A stretch of 64,000 nucleotides of DNA from sequence record OM867527.1. One strand, given 5' to 3'. The notes beneath the pieces were generated by a model that worked only from the letters and a program-made list of their open reading frames with translations, did not search any database and was not told the DNA's origin. Position numbers and translations under genes: made by a program. Source of the DNA: a phage. Shown in pieces: positions 40,722-49,525 of the stretch. Position 1 is the first letter of the stretch. Each line of letters starts with the position of its first letter.

Positions 40722-41748
40722 TAGCAGCAGCCTTACGCCACTCAGGTGTAGCCTGAATTTCTGGTAATGCTCTGCCTACTGTGCGGAAGTACAGAATCTT
40801 ATGGGTGAACGTTTTAAAGCGTTCAATATACTGAAGAACACCAACAAAGTTCTCTTCAGTAGTTTTGTTAGCCAGATGGTTAACGGTAGCCCAACACAGG
40901 TTGTTATCTTCCGGTAGTGCACAGCCCAGTGGGTCTTTGACTACTTTCTCAATCGTAATGATACGATTATACACCTGAGTGAATTGAACAAACTCTGTAG
41001 CCTTACCGGCAGTAACGTGACCTGCATAATAGATAGAATCTTCATCAGGAAGAGCACCTTCTGGCAGGTTCTTGAGGTCTTTGTTAACAAAGTCCCAAGT
41101 ACGTGGACAACAGAACGTTTTGTTCTTATGAGCTGGGTCGAAGTCATGTAGATAGCCTGGATTAGCATGTAAGAATGCAACCAGACGTTCATCCCATTGT
41201 TGAGGAATCATTACGTCTTCAACAAAGATGTCGAAGTTAAGTTCCATTTCAAAATGAACCACACGAGACTGCATTGCAGTACCCAGAGGGTTAACAATGG
41301 CACGGTCAGTAGCTTTGTTACCAGCGCAGACAATCATCACATTGGGATGAAGTTTTTTCTGACCAGTCATACGGTCGAGAATCAGTTTGTATGCAGCAGC
41401 TACTACCTCTTTCTTAGCTGAGTTGAACTCATCAAGGAACAGGAGCCAGCCATTATACCCTTCTGGTACTTCATCCCCTTCAATGGGGAATAAGTCAGCG
41501 AATGGAATAAACTCTGCACGGTCACCATTACGGAATGGTAAGCCAGACAGGTCTTCCGGGGCAGAAGTAGACAGACGATGGTCTATCAGCTTCATACCAA
41601 ATTCTTCTGCAATAGAACGAATGATTGCAGATTTACCCATGCCTGGTGATGAAGTCAGGAACGGTACGTTACCTGCTTTTAAGGCACGGATAATAAAGTT
41701 ACGAGCTTGACGTGAATTACATACGGTCAAGGAGTCAATGCTTGCCAT
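40696..41748 (-). CDS. AAA+ ATPase, MoxR-like
   Basis: Walker A SSPGMGKSAII, Walker B LLFLDEFN, and size (350 aa) typical of MoxR-family ATPases. Confidence 0.55.
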   Translation of the reverse strand: MASIDSLTVCNSRQARNFIIRALKAGNVPFLTSSPGMGKSAIIRSIAEEFGMKLIDHRLSTSAPEDLSGLPFRNGDRAEFIPFADLFPIEGDEVPEGYNGWLLFLDEFNSAKKEVVAAAYKLILDRMTGQKKLHPNVMIVCAGNKATDRAIVNPLGTAMQSRVVHFEMELNFDIFVEDVMIPQQWDERLVAFLHANPGYLHDFDPAHKNKTFCCPRTWDFVNKDLKNLPEGALPDEDSIYYAGHVTAGKATEFVQFTQVYNRIITIEKVVKDPLGCALPEDNNLCWATVNHLANKTTEENFVGVLQYIERFKTFTHKILYFRTVGRALPEIQATPEWRKAAANVSRYIHG

Positions 41749-41782
41749 TTACTTACTCTCCTAAAGCTAATGGGATTACTAA

Positions 41783-42112
41783 TTAAGATTTAGTGCAGGG
41801 GTATGCCTTGTGTACTGAGTACGCAACAATTTGAGATGTATTCTTCATCTTGAGGATTGCAGAGTCATAAATAACTACTTTGGCAATCTTAGGCAGAATG
41901 ACTGAATACTTAATACCTTCAGGAACACAGTTATTTGTGCTCTCGATGTAAGAGATCATACTGCCCATGAAGAATCCCTGTCCGAACGCATCACGGGTGT
42001 CATCCAGGTAAGCCTGAGCACCCTCCAGAATAGGTTCTGGTTCAATTGCTTGTGCATTTGGGGTCAAAGCTATCAGTGCAGCTACTGCAATACCTTTAAG
42101 TAAAGTTTTCAT
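41783..42112 (-). CDS. Exported small protein with N-terminal signal peptide (periplasmic, putative)
   Basis: MKTLLKGIAVAALIALTPNAQA then mature region with two Cys; classic n-h-c signal peptide ending AQA. Confidence 0.45.
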   Translation of the reverse strand: MKTLLKGIAVAALIALTPNAQAIEPEPILEGAQAYLDDTRDAFGQGFFMGSMISYIESTNNCVPEGIKYSVILPKIAKVVIYDSAILKMKNTSQIVAYSVHKAYPCTKS

Positions 42113-42298
42113 TTAGTTACCTTTCATTTCATTGAGTTTAAGTACACCGATAGGGGTTAATGACCACCCAAGACCAGTATTGAACTGTACTAAGCCCAGC
42201 TTCTTAAGAGACTGTGCGGTTTTGTTATTACGGTTGCTGGTGGCAGAGCCACCTTGAACCATGCGAAGGAAGATTGCTTGGGATTGGGTTAATTTCAT
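42113..42298 (-). CDS. Hypothetical small protein (61 aa)
   Basis: Start overlaps the upstream stop. Confidence 0.35.
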   Translation of the reverse strand: MKLTQSQAIFLRMVQGGSATSNRNNKTAQSLKKLGLVQFNTGLGWSLTPIGVLKLNEMKGN

Positions 42299-42483
42299 TT
42301 CTTCTCCGGTACGAACTGCATTACGCAGTTTTGATTACGAGGGATATTAAGTTCACATTCATGCTTGAGGGTTTGTGTTACAGAATTTGGAGTAGAACCA
42401 AAGTAGGTATTAGAAATAGCTACAAATCCTGCACCTATTAAACCACCTAGCAAGAATGAGAAGAATGCAATCTCTTTATACAT
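42295..42483 (-). CDS. Small membrane peptide (62 aa)
   Basis: N-terminal TM helix (IAFFSFLLGGLIGAGFVAI). Confidence 0.35.
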   Translation of the reverse strand: MYKEIAFFSFLLGGLIGAGFVAISNTYFGSTPNSVTQTLKHECELNIPRNQNCVMQFVPEKK

Positions 42484-42508
42484 TTCCTGGCTCCAGGATG
42501 TTTAAGTC

Positions 42509-42538
42509 AAAAAAAGACCTCCTTTCAATAAGGAGGTC
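42509..42538 (-). terminator. Rho-independent terminator (minus strand)
   Basis: Minus-strand reading: GACCTCC-loop-GGAGGTC followed by TTTTTTT. Confidence 0.5.
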
Positions 42539-42813
42539 AATAGATATCAAAGGAATGTTATGGGTTTTATCAACCCAAATAAAGCAATCAGTCTTTTTTA
42601 GATACTAACATACCGTATTTATCCAATAACTTACGTGCTCTAGATAGTGGCCCCATACCAATTCCCTTACGGTTATTGTATTTGTAATTTTCTAAGATTT
42701 CTTTAAGCATTTTTAATGCTTCATCCCTTTCTTCTTCTGCTGTCATTTTTACTCTCCTATATACACAAGAAAGCCCTCGCTAAGGAGGGCTATAACCACA
42801 AAAAGAAGTACTA

Positions 42814-43647
42814 TTACTCTGCAACAGTAACAGGGATTGTTACATCTACCTTACCGTTGGTAACTACTACAGAAGTAGCTTCACCAGCAGCCACAGGCTT
42901 AACTGTCAGTACGTTACCAGCAATGGTAGCTGTAGCACGACCAGATTCTGGAGCAGTCTTGATAGACAAAGCATCAGAAGAAGAACCAACAGGCATAGCA
43001 ACAATTGTTACAGTCTTACCATTAGTAGTATCAGCAGCAACAGACAGATCCAGTGAAGCAGGAGTAGCTACCAGTGAGCTTGCTACGTAGTAGCCTACAG
43101 CCAGCAGCGTCTCATCTTCTACCGTGGTTCCATTAGCATCAGTAACAATCACTTTATAAGTACCAGCAGAAGTAGCTGCTACATCATTAAGAGTTAGTGT
43201 TGCAGTAACAGCAGATGGGTTAGTACTGGAGCTAATATCAGCGAATGCTGCACCAGCGGTATTAGCTTTGAATTGCCATTTATAAGTAAATGGTGCTTTA
43301 CCACCTGCTACATCAACATGCCAGTCAATACCTTCACCTTCAATAGCGGAGACTACACGAGGCAGTTTGGTAACAATAGTCAACCGTGGAGTAGCTTTCA
43401 TATCAATAGAGATAGACTGCATATCCACGATGTTGTTAGGCCAGAAGCCTTCTTTACTAGGGTCTTTGGCAGAACGTTTATACAGCAGATCACGAACACC
43501 ATGGAAGATAACTAAGCTATCAGGGTAAGTGGCATCCGGGTGTACAAAAGTACCTACTTCTACGGAACCACCTGGAATAGAACCACTGGCATCCAGTACA
43601 GTTGCAACATTAGTGGTTTTGTTAAAACCTACTTTCAAAGTTGGCAT
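42814..43647 (-). CDS. Ig-like (BIG2-type) domain protein, candidate capsid decoration protein
   Basis: ATG 43647 has a GAGGAA RBS. Beta-rich T/V/A-rich sequence with Ig-like repeats. Located just downstream of the RNAP II genes, where N4-like phages place their decoration protein. Confidence 0.5.
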   Translation of the reverse strand: MPTLKVGFNKTTNVATVLDASGSIPGGSVEVGTFVHPDATYPDSLVIFHGVRDLLYKRSAKDPSKEGFWPNNIVDMQSISIDMKATPRLTIVTKLPRVVSAIEGEGIDWHVDVAGGKAPFTYKWQFKANTAGAAFADISSSTNPSAVTATLTLNDVAATSAGTYKVIVTDANGTTVEDETLLAVGYYVASSLVATPASLDLSVAADTTNGKTVTIVAMPVGSSSDALSIKTAPESGRATATIAGNVLTVKPVAAGEATSVVVTNGKVDVTIPVTVAE

Positions 43648-43693
43648 ATCAATTTCCTCATAAGTAAATAGCAGAGTTAGTATACATGACAGA

Positions 43694-43723
43694 TAAAAAA
43701 ATAAACCCTCCGTTAAGAGGGTT
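43694..43723 (-). terminator. Rho-independent terminator (minus strand)
   Basis: Minus-strand reading: AACCCTC-TTAACG-GAGGGTT followed by TATTTTTTTAT. Confidence 0.55.
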
Positions 43724-43937
43724 AGTTGTTTACGCAGTAGATAGCAAAAGCTATCCATCCCGCTATTACAAAGCAGCCTAGTGAGTATGCTCCATAATAG
43801 CAGTAAGCAAACTTAGACTTGTGGGCACGGACTATCGTAGCCAGAGCCAGTACGGATAAAACTATCAGTATTAACTGAAAGATTATTTCAAAAGTGATTA
43901 GCATAGTTGCTACCTCCAAAGAAAAAATAAGCCTCAC
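43722..43937 (-). CDS. Small membrane protein (up to 71 aa)
   Basis: Two hydrophobic helices. True start may be the internal Met, since the first codons overlap a terminator hairpin. Confidence 0.35.
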   Translation of the reverse strand: MRLIFSLEVATMLITFEIIFQLILIVLSVLALATIVRAHKSKFAYCYYGAYSLGCFVIAGWIAFAIYCVNN

Positions 43938-43954
43938 TCCCGAAGGAATGAGGC
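43921..43954 (-). terminator. Rho-independent terminator (minus strand) after RNAP II large subunit
   Basis: Minus-strand reading: AGCCTCA-loop-TGAGGCT followed by TATTTTTTCTTTG. Confidence 0.5.
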
Positions 43955-43961
43955 TAGTTTA

Positions 43962-45179
43962 TTAACTTAATGCATAGTCTGTTTCAAGAATGTCCTGCCA
44001 GAGGCTGTCATCCAGCTTACCAGCAGAGAACTCTTGCCCCAGTACCTGAGACAGAATGAAGCCCAGCAGGTCACTCTTAGCAATGTCAGACAGAATCTGA
44101 TTGTACTGACGACGTAAGTCGTTACCGTAGTTAGGATGGCAACGGAAGCAGTCATGTACAGTCATTACAGGGAATGGCTTCTTAGGCAAAGTATTGAGCA
44201 TAGTTAAGATTACATCTGTATCTACCAATGCAATGGTTTCTGAATCCAGGTAATCAAAGATACGGGTAGACAGGAATCCAGACTTCTTATAACTAGTCCA
44301 TAATGTATTAACCATTTCATGGCTAGCACCTGGGACAACTATGTATTCACTGGTTCCCTCACAGAGGGACTTAATATAGTTCACCTGGTTCATGTTGAAG
44401 TTACAACGACGCAGCATCTCACGTACCACCATTCCATCAATAGAGTGAGTGATGTTAGCAGAGAGCATACGGGTCTTTTCTTCAGTACCCTGAACCATAC
44501 GAGTGATGTCGAATGGCTTACCTAAGAAGTTAACAGTCTGTACCTCTGGAACCATGACCTTAATGACAGCATGGAAGTTGTCAGGCAGTACCCATATGTA
44601 ACGGTTGGCATCAGGGTTACCACATTGCAGTAAGAACTTGTTGAGTGCCCAAGGACCACTAGCAACAGTTTCCATTACATTCTCAAAAGTCTTGAGACGA
44701 ATACCTTCACCGAATACCTCTTTAGGCTTGGCTTCTGAGCCGTAGAATGCAGTCATAACAGCCTGCTTAGTGTCACTACGTTTAATACGTGATGCTTCAC
44801 CAAGGATGTCCAGCATCTTATGATAGATGACTGTATAAGCATCACGGCGTAATGGTTTACCATTCTCACCCATGTAATTAACTACGTTACACAGTTCAGC
44901 AGCAGAACGGTCACCGGTCAGACAGGCCAGTAACTGCAAGCCTGATGATGTAGCATCCAGAGCTACGGCATAGCCAATAGGCTTACCTGCTTTCATATCT
45001 TTCCATGCGTTTACACCAGCAAAGAACAGAGCAGAATCTTCAGCTTCATCTACCAGATTAAGCAGGTTAGCTTCGTTCTCATCGAACCAGGCAATACGTT
45101 CATCCCATGTCTTCTTATCTAAGCCATAGTTATTAGCAATATCTACTTTCAGGTATTCTTTAGCGGTTAACAGTTGCAT
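43962..45179 (-). CDS. Phage RNA polymerase II, large (catalytic C-terminal) subunit, T7-like
   Basis: Motif B RSDTKQAVMTAFYGS (RxxxKxxxxxxxYG), motif C TVHDCF, and C-terminus ILETDYALS comparable to the T7 RNAP C-terminus. Size (405 aa) matches the N4 RNAP II large subunit. Confidence 0.8.
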   Translation of the reverse strand: MQLLTAKEYLKVDIANNYGLDKKTWDERIAWFDENEANLLNLVDEAEDSALFFAGVNAWKDMKAGKPIGYAVALDATSSGLQLLACLTGDRSAAELCNVVNYMGENGKPLRRDAYTVIYHKMLDILGEASRIKRSDTKQAVMTAFYGSEAKPKEVFGEGIRLKTFENVMETVASGPWALNKFLLQCGNPDANRYIWVLPDNFHAVIKVMVPEVQTVNFLGKPFDITRMVQGTEEKTRMLSANITHSIDGMVVREMLRRCNFNMNQVNYIKSLCEGTSEYIVVPGASHEMVNTLWTSYKKSGFLSTRIFDYLDSETIALVDTDVILTMLNTLPKKPFPVMTVHDCFRCHPNYGNDLRRQYNQILSDIAKSDLLGFILSQVLGQEFSAGKLDDSLWQDILETDYALS

Positions 45180-45236
45180 TTTATGTTCCTTTTGCTTCTT
45201 GGCTCCCCACTATGAAGAGCCTGCTTATTGGGATTA

Positions 45237-45851
45237 TTACTTCCAGGCCCACTTAAAGCCTTTGTATGTTTTGGGGTTATAAATATGACCTCTGCCATCC
45301 TTCACAGGGATACCATTGGCTACCGTTATAATACCCCACGTTCTACCACTTACATGGCGTGCAGCATCTGCTGTAGTAACAAATTCTTTATAGAATGTAC
45401 CGTCTAGGTGATAGGCGATAACAGGTTGTGCAGTGGCAATGTTACCTTCTTTCTTGCTACGTGCTCCTTTATCCCTATTCTCTTTCCAGGACATTAGTTG
45501 AATGTTATCCAGAGTATATGGTTTTTGGTCATCTATACGGTCTACAGATGGTTTATAGTCTTTTGCATAGTCACTCGCTACATAATCATCCCATAGTTGA
45601 TGAATATTTGGTTGTTTATCCAACCATTCATAGAAATCTTCTAGTGAATAGTTGGGTGGTGGGTGTCCTCTTTTAATAGAGTGAGATAGTTGAGTTAGAT
45701 AAGTCTTCCTGAACATACATACCGGGTCGGCTTTGTTATACCTCAAAGTCCGACATTTACGGCACCGTACCTCATAACCGTCTTTGCAGGTTGATTTTGG
45801 TACGAACTCTGTGAGGTCTTTTGTTTCCCCACAGTCCTTGCAGATTTTCAT
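45237..45851 (-). CDS. HNH homing endonuclease with N-terminal zinc finger and C-terminal NUMOD-like DNA-binding region
   Basis: CKDCG...CRKCR zinc ribbon; HNH-type core SVDRIDDQKPYTLDNIQLMSWKENRDKG; C-terminal helix AARHVSGRTWGII. ATG overlaps the stop of the upstream RNAP II small-subunit gene. Confidence 0.65.
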   Translation of the reverse strand: MKICKDCGETKDLTEFVPKSTCKDGYEVRCRKCRTLRYNKADPVCMFRKTYLTQLSHSIKRGHPPPNYSLEDFYEWLDKQPNIHQLWDDYVASDYAKDYKPSVDRIDDQKPYTLDNIQLMSWKENRDKGARSKKEGNIATAQPVIAYHLDGTFYKEFVTTADAARHVSGRTWGIITVANGIPVKDGRGHIYNPKTYKGFKWAWK

Positions 45852-46666
45852 TAGTCCTCCACGAGTTCTTTATGTGCGAACTCTATTACTGCCTTATTCC
45901 ATGAAGTACCCGCATAATTAATATGGTAACCACAGGCATATGTACGCCCACGTTTGTCATATTTGTGAGCCAGAGAGAAATTATTACCTTCTTTGGTCAC
46001 TAACTCCATTACTTCCTTAGCTGTACGACTGTATTTCTCAAAGGCTTTGACTCGTTTCTCATATTCCTGACGGGTTTCACCTTCTTTTGGTTTATCCATG
46101 TTAGGACGAGAGTCTTTTACGTAGTTAGCAACGTCCCAGTTAATGCAGAGACGTTGATTGTTCATACGGTTGATGTGGTCAAGACAGACATCCATCTCAT
46201 GATGGTTCTTCTTGAGGATGATGCTACCCCTGCTTTCGTAGTAACCAGTATCACGGTTACATTTAACAGGCTTAGGAGCACTTACGATAGGCAATGGATA
46301 CTGGAATGCTTCTAGTTCCATCTGTACATCTTCACTAATCTCATAGATAACACCGAACTTGTCGATGGTAGGGTCATAGTTGAAGCAGTCATTCTCTGCC
46401 ATCTTATACAGACAGTCAGCGATGTACTGAGCATCATCTGAGTGACTCATAAGAGAGCCAATCATAGTCTGAATGTCAGCACGTTTATGTAGGGCAATCT
46501 GCACCATTGCATCAATGAGCAGCTTATAATCAATTTCCAAATAGGCAGCGAATGCCTTAAAGTCAATTTCTTCGGAGTCCTCGAATTCCTTCCTCATGCG
46601 AGGGAGTAATTGATTCTTGTTGAAAAGGATTTCAAGTCGCTTCTGATGTTCAATAGATGAGTACAT
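45851..46666 (-). CDS. Phage RNA polymerase II, small (N-terminal-like) subunit, T7-like
   Basis: KYDKRGRTYACGYHINYAGTSWNKA resembles the T7 RNAP segment DWRGRVYAV...NPQGNDMTKG. Size (271 aa) and position match the N4 RNAP II small subunit. Confidence 0.7.
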   Translation of the reverse strand: MYSSIEHQKRLEILFNKNQLLPRMRKEFEDSEEIDFKAFAAYLEIDYKLLIDAMVQIALHKRADIQTMIGSLMSHSDDAQYIADCLYKMAENDCFNYDPTIDKFGVIYEISEDVQMELEAFQYPLPIVSAPKPVKCNRDTGYYESRGSIILKKNHHEMDVCLDHINRMNNQRLCINWDVANYVKDSRPNMDKPKEGETRQEYEKRVKAFEKYSRTAKEVMELVTKEGNNFSLAHKYDKRGRTYACGYHINYAGTSWNKAVIEFAHKELVED

Positions 46667-46686
46667 CGCATATTCTCCTAATTAAT

Positions 46687-46920
46687 TTAAACAATACTTG
46701 CTATTAGAGTCCTAGTTTTATGTTCACTAGCACATCGGTAATACATTCTTATGTAGTTTCCATGGAAGTTATGTCTCCATGCCCACGGGAAGGGTAGTTC
46801 TACTTCACACCAGTTATTAGGGCTTTCATATGCCCCTTTAACTGCTTCTTTAATCTTTGGATAATTACCCCATTTATGTTTATGTTTCTTAGCTATGATT
46901 TGCTGAATTGATACCGACAT
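46687..46920 (-). CDS. Hypothetical early protein (77 aa)
   Basis: Short reverse ORF in a tightly packed early array. Confidence 0.35.
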   Translation of the reverse strand: MSVSIQQIIAKKHKHKWGNYPKIKEAVKGAYESPNNWCEVELPFPWAWRHNFHGNYIRMYYRCASEHKTRTLIASIV

Positions 46921-46947
46921 TGCATATCCTTAAGCTGCGGAGCAGCT

Positions 46948-47298
46948 TTAACTCCAGTAGTTGTAAGCATCACCTAAGTATTTACGCCATGCTTCTGGTA
47001 ACAGCACGTTGCCAGTGACATTAATGAACAGGTATGGGTCCATAAAATCCATTCTCATTACTTTGAAATCCCATTGCGGATTAATAGATGCATAAGCAAT
47101 AAAACCCTCAATGAAGCCATAAATAGCACCTTCTTTGATCCGGTCACCACTACCATCTCTTACCGGAATGGCGAAGCTATTACCATAATGACCATAGGCC
47201 ATTCCCCATCGAGCACCATGCTTCTTATAAGCTAATTTGGCAGCAGCATTAGTATGCTGCCCTAGTGTATTGGTAGTGAATACTAAGATTTCTTTCAC
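46948..47298 (-). CDS. Hypothetical early protein (116 aa), Rossmann-like N-terminus
   Basis: N-terminal beta-strand/Gly pattern (EILVFTTNTLGQHTNAAAK...GNSFAIPV). No firm family assignment. Confidence 0.4.
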   Translation of the reverse strand: MKEILVFTTNTLGQHTNAAAKLAYKKHGARWGMAYGHYGNSFAIPVRDGSGDRIKEGAIYGFIEGFIAYASINPQWDFKVMRMDFMDPYLFINVTGNVLLPEAWRKYLGDAYNYWS

Positions 47299-47492
47299 AT
47301 TAATCCCCTTACTTCTTTATAGAATTTAATAGCATCTTCCTGAGTTTCAGGCTTAACTTCATAAACACAGTCAAGAGCTTGTTCATGGTCACGTTGCTCC
47401 TTCTTTGTTCGGCAATGACCACATTTACCATCCCATTGGGATACATGGCCTTTACCACATTTACATTGCTTATCCATTTGGATTCTCCACAA
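47295..47492 (-). CDS. Small zinc-ribbon protein (65 aa)
   Basis: CxC...CxxC pattern (CKCGKGH...CGHC). Confidence 0.4.
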   Translation of the reverse strand: MWRIQMDKQCKCGKGHVSQWDGKCGHCRTKKEQRDHEQALDCVYEVKPETQEDAIKFYKEVRGLM

Positions 47493-47850
47493 AGTAGTTA
47501 TACATAGCCTTTACTAGCTTCTCTTTAATAACCTCACCATGACATGGTTTTGGATAACAGAAGCACTGTAAGGCTAATCCTTTCTCGTCAATGGCTTTAT
47601 TACCAAGACGATTTAATTCATCCAGTACAACTGGATTCTTCCTCATAATTTGTTCATTAAGCCATACTCGATATTTGGCTATAACCTGTTCTCTTGAACC
47701 GTCTTTACCAATGACAAATGGATTGCCTAATGGTGAACCACGTCCAATATATTCACCGGATTTACCGTGATGTTTATTAACAATAATGATTGGACGTGCA
47801 GATACACCTAGTAAAGCATTGGTGTCGTCACCTAATGACATAATCTTCAT
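47470..47850 (-). CDS. Hypothetical early protein with GNPF motif (DUF4326-like by recollection)
   Basis: GRGSPLGNPF and downstream CFCYPKPCHG. Family assignment is tentative and needs an HMM check. Confidence 0.35.
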   Translation of the reverse strand: MKIMSLGDDTNALLGVSARPIIIVNKHHGKSGEYIGRGSPLGNPFVIGKDGSREQVIAKYRVWLNEQIMRKNPVVLDELNRLGNKAIDEKGLALQCFCYPKPCHGEVIKEKLVKAMYNYFVENPNG

Positions 47851-48161
47851 GGCTTAAGTACCTGGAATGGGAACACAGGACGTTTACTACTCCACTGGTT
47901 CATAGCTAATTCACTAGTTTCAGAACCATCATGTAAGTCGTAGATAAATGAAATTACATAGTCTGGTTCTTCCGGGAAGTTTTCTGTAGAGAAGGGTAGA
48001 CCTGATTCCTTAAGAATAGGGACTAGAGGAGAATCAGCATTACAATAGAGGGTAAACTCTTCATTGAATGCTTGGCTTGTCTGAGATACATAATCAATAT
48101 TACGCATCATCTTATCTACATCAGTAAATGTAGAATCATGTACTACTAGAATAGTTTTCAT
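47847..48161 (-). CDS. Hypothetical early protein (104 aa)
   Basis: N-terminus MKTILVVHDSTFTD parallels the neighbouring 118-aa protein (MKLIVAGGRDFTD), suggesting a shared fold. Confidence 0.4.
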   Translation of the reverse strand: MKTILVVHDSTFTDVDKMMRNIDYVSQTSQAFNEEFTLYCNADSPLVPILKESGLPFSTENFPEEPDYVISFIYDLHDGSETSELAMNQWSSKRPVFPFQVLKP

Positions 48162-48349
48162 ACTGGCTCCTTGCCTGTAAATGCTACTACTTTTCCTGAC
48201 ATATTTCGTATGGTTACCTGTGCTGAGTTAACATCAGCAAATTGCTCTGCAACCCAATTAAGCATCTCAGGTTCATTATTTAATTGTTTGTTAATCACCG
48301 TTTTACTATCTGCTGTTACTAAAGTGATTTCATAATTTTCAATATTCAT
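48158..48349 (-). CDS. Hypothetical early protein (63 aa)
   Basis: Start overlaps the upstream stop. Confidence 0.35.
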   Translation of the reverse strand: MNIENYEITLVTADSKTVINKQLNNEPEMLNWVAEQFADVNSAQVTIRNMSGKVVAFTGKEPV

Positions 48350-48603
48350 GATACTTTCTCCAAAGTTAAGTAAGTCTTATTATCTTCAGGCACATAATTA
48401 CAAATACCAATCTCTTCCTGCCTTCCTTTAGATACCCAAGTACCTTCAGCAGTTAGTTTGGGCTTTCTTGCAAAACCCATAAGAGAAGAGTTATTACTAG
48501 TATATGTACGTGGTAACAGGGCAACATATTTAACCCATAAAGGTATTGCAATTGTTTGCCCCATGTAATTGAACGGTCTACAGGTAGGGTATGTAATAAT
48601 CAT
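48346..48603 (-). CDS. Hypothetical early protein (85 aa)
   Basis: Start overlaps the upstream stop. Confidence 0.35.
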   Translation of the reverse strand: MIITYPTCRPFNYMGQTIAIPLWVKYVALLPRTYTSNNSSLMGFARKPKLTAEGTWVSKGRQEEIGICNYVPEDNKTYLTLEKVS

Positions 48604-48960
48604 TTAGTACCTCACAATATATACAGGTTTATTTAGCCTCTGCATGATATCAATCATGTGCTTGGTTCCTTTGGATTTACCATCCCAGAAACATACAGCA
48701 GCATCTGCAAATTCCCCCATTTCTTTATTCCTACGGAATCCAGCAGACTTGCCATAGGTATCCCATTCAGCAGGGAAGAAATGTATTTGCATATTCGCAG
48801 ATTTCCATAGATAGAAAGCTCTTATATCTGCACCACGAGCCATACCACATACTAATTCTGGGCATTCAGGTATACTTCCTGAATTTACTAACTTCTGTAG
48901 TTCCTCAACCATACGATTGGTATCAGTGAAGTCACGTCCACCAGCTACAATTAGTTTCAT
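48604..48960 (-). CDS. SLOG/DUF2493-like Rossmann-fold protein (putative nucleotide-binding)
   Basis: KLIVAGGRDFTD...VCGMARGADIRAF...AAVCFWDGKSKGTKHMI resembles the DprA/LOG-like small Rossmann domains found in phages. Recollection-based. Confidence 0.4.
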   Translation of the reverse strand: MKLIVAGGRDFTDTNRMVEELQKLVNSGSIPECPELVCGMARGADIRAFYLWKSANMQIHFFPAEWDTYGKSAGFRRNKEMGEFADAAVCFWDGKSKGTKHMIDIMQRLNKPVYIVRY

Positions 48961-49178
48961 TTCTGATAACCCTCTATGAAGTTAGTACGACGAATAAGCT
49001 GAGTAGATGCCTTAACGGCTGTCTTCTTGAACTCATCTTTGTGTTGGTTTTCCAATATCTTATCCCATTCTTTCTGGTTCCGTTGTTTCTGTAGAATACG
49101 ACTACACTTCTTATGATTAGCAACTCCTTTACGTTTGCTACATACAGGGCAAACACCATAATCAGTTGAGTACATCAT
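48957..49178 (-). CDS. Small zinc-ribbon protein (73 aa)
   Basis: CPVCSKRKG...HKKCS. Confidence 0.4.
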   Translation of the reverse strand: MMYSTDYGVCPVCSKRKGVANHKKCSRILQKQRNQKEWDKILENQHKDEFKKTAVKASTQLIRRTNFIEGYQK

Positions 49179-49483
49179 TGGCTTAAAGCCTCCAGTAATA
49201 TTTTACGAATAACATTTACGTCAGATTCAGTACCAATTAAGCCAACAGGCTTACCTGTACTATCCATTACAAAGGATGCAATCCTTTCCATCTCTGCTGT
49301 AATTAACTTGTCACCACTAATAAGACGATTACGAAGGTAAGCTTCATAAGCTACCTCTACATCTTCTACCGTGGTTCTTTCATTACGAGTGAATGGATTG
49401 CTTAATGGGAATGGTAGGTGGATACGTATATTCCGGTCAGCTATCTTAGCTGAATGTGGAAGTATACAAACAATTTCATTCAA
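49175..49483 (-). CDS. Hypothetical early protein with NPF motif
   Basis: HLPFPLSNPFTRNERT; shares the NPF motif with the 126-aa protein at 47470..47850. Confidence 0.35.
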   Translation of the reverse strand: MNEIVCILPHSAKIADRNIRIHLPFPLSNPFTRNERTTVEDVEVAYEAYLRNRLISGDKLITAEMERIASFVMDSTGKPVGLIGTESDVNVIRKILLEALSQ

Positions 49484-49525
49484 GGTTATTTCTCCTATTT
49501 AAATACATATCTAACTATTCAAGAA

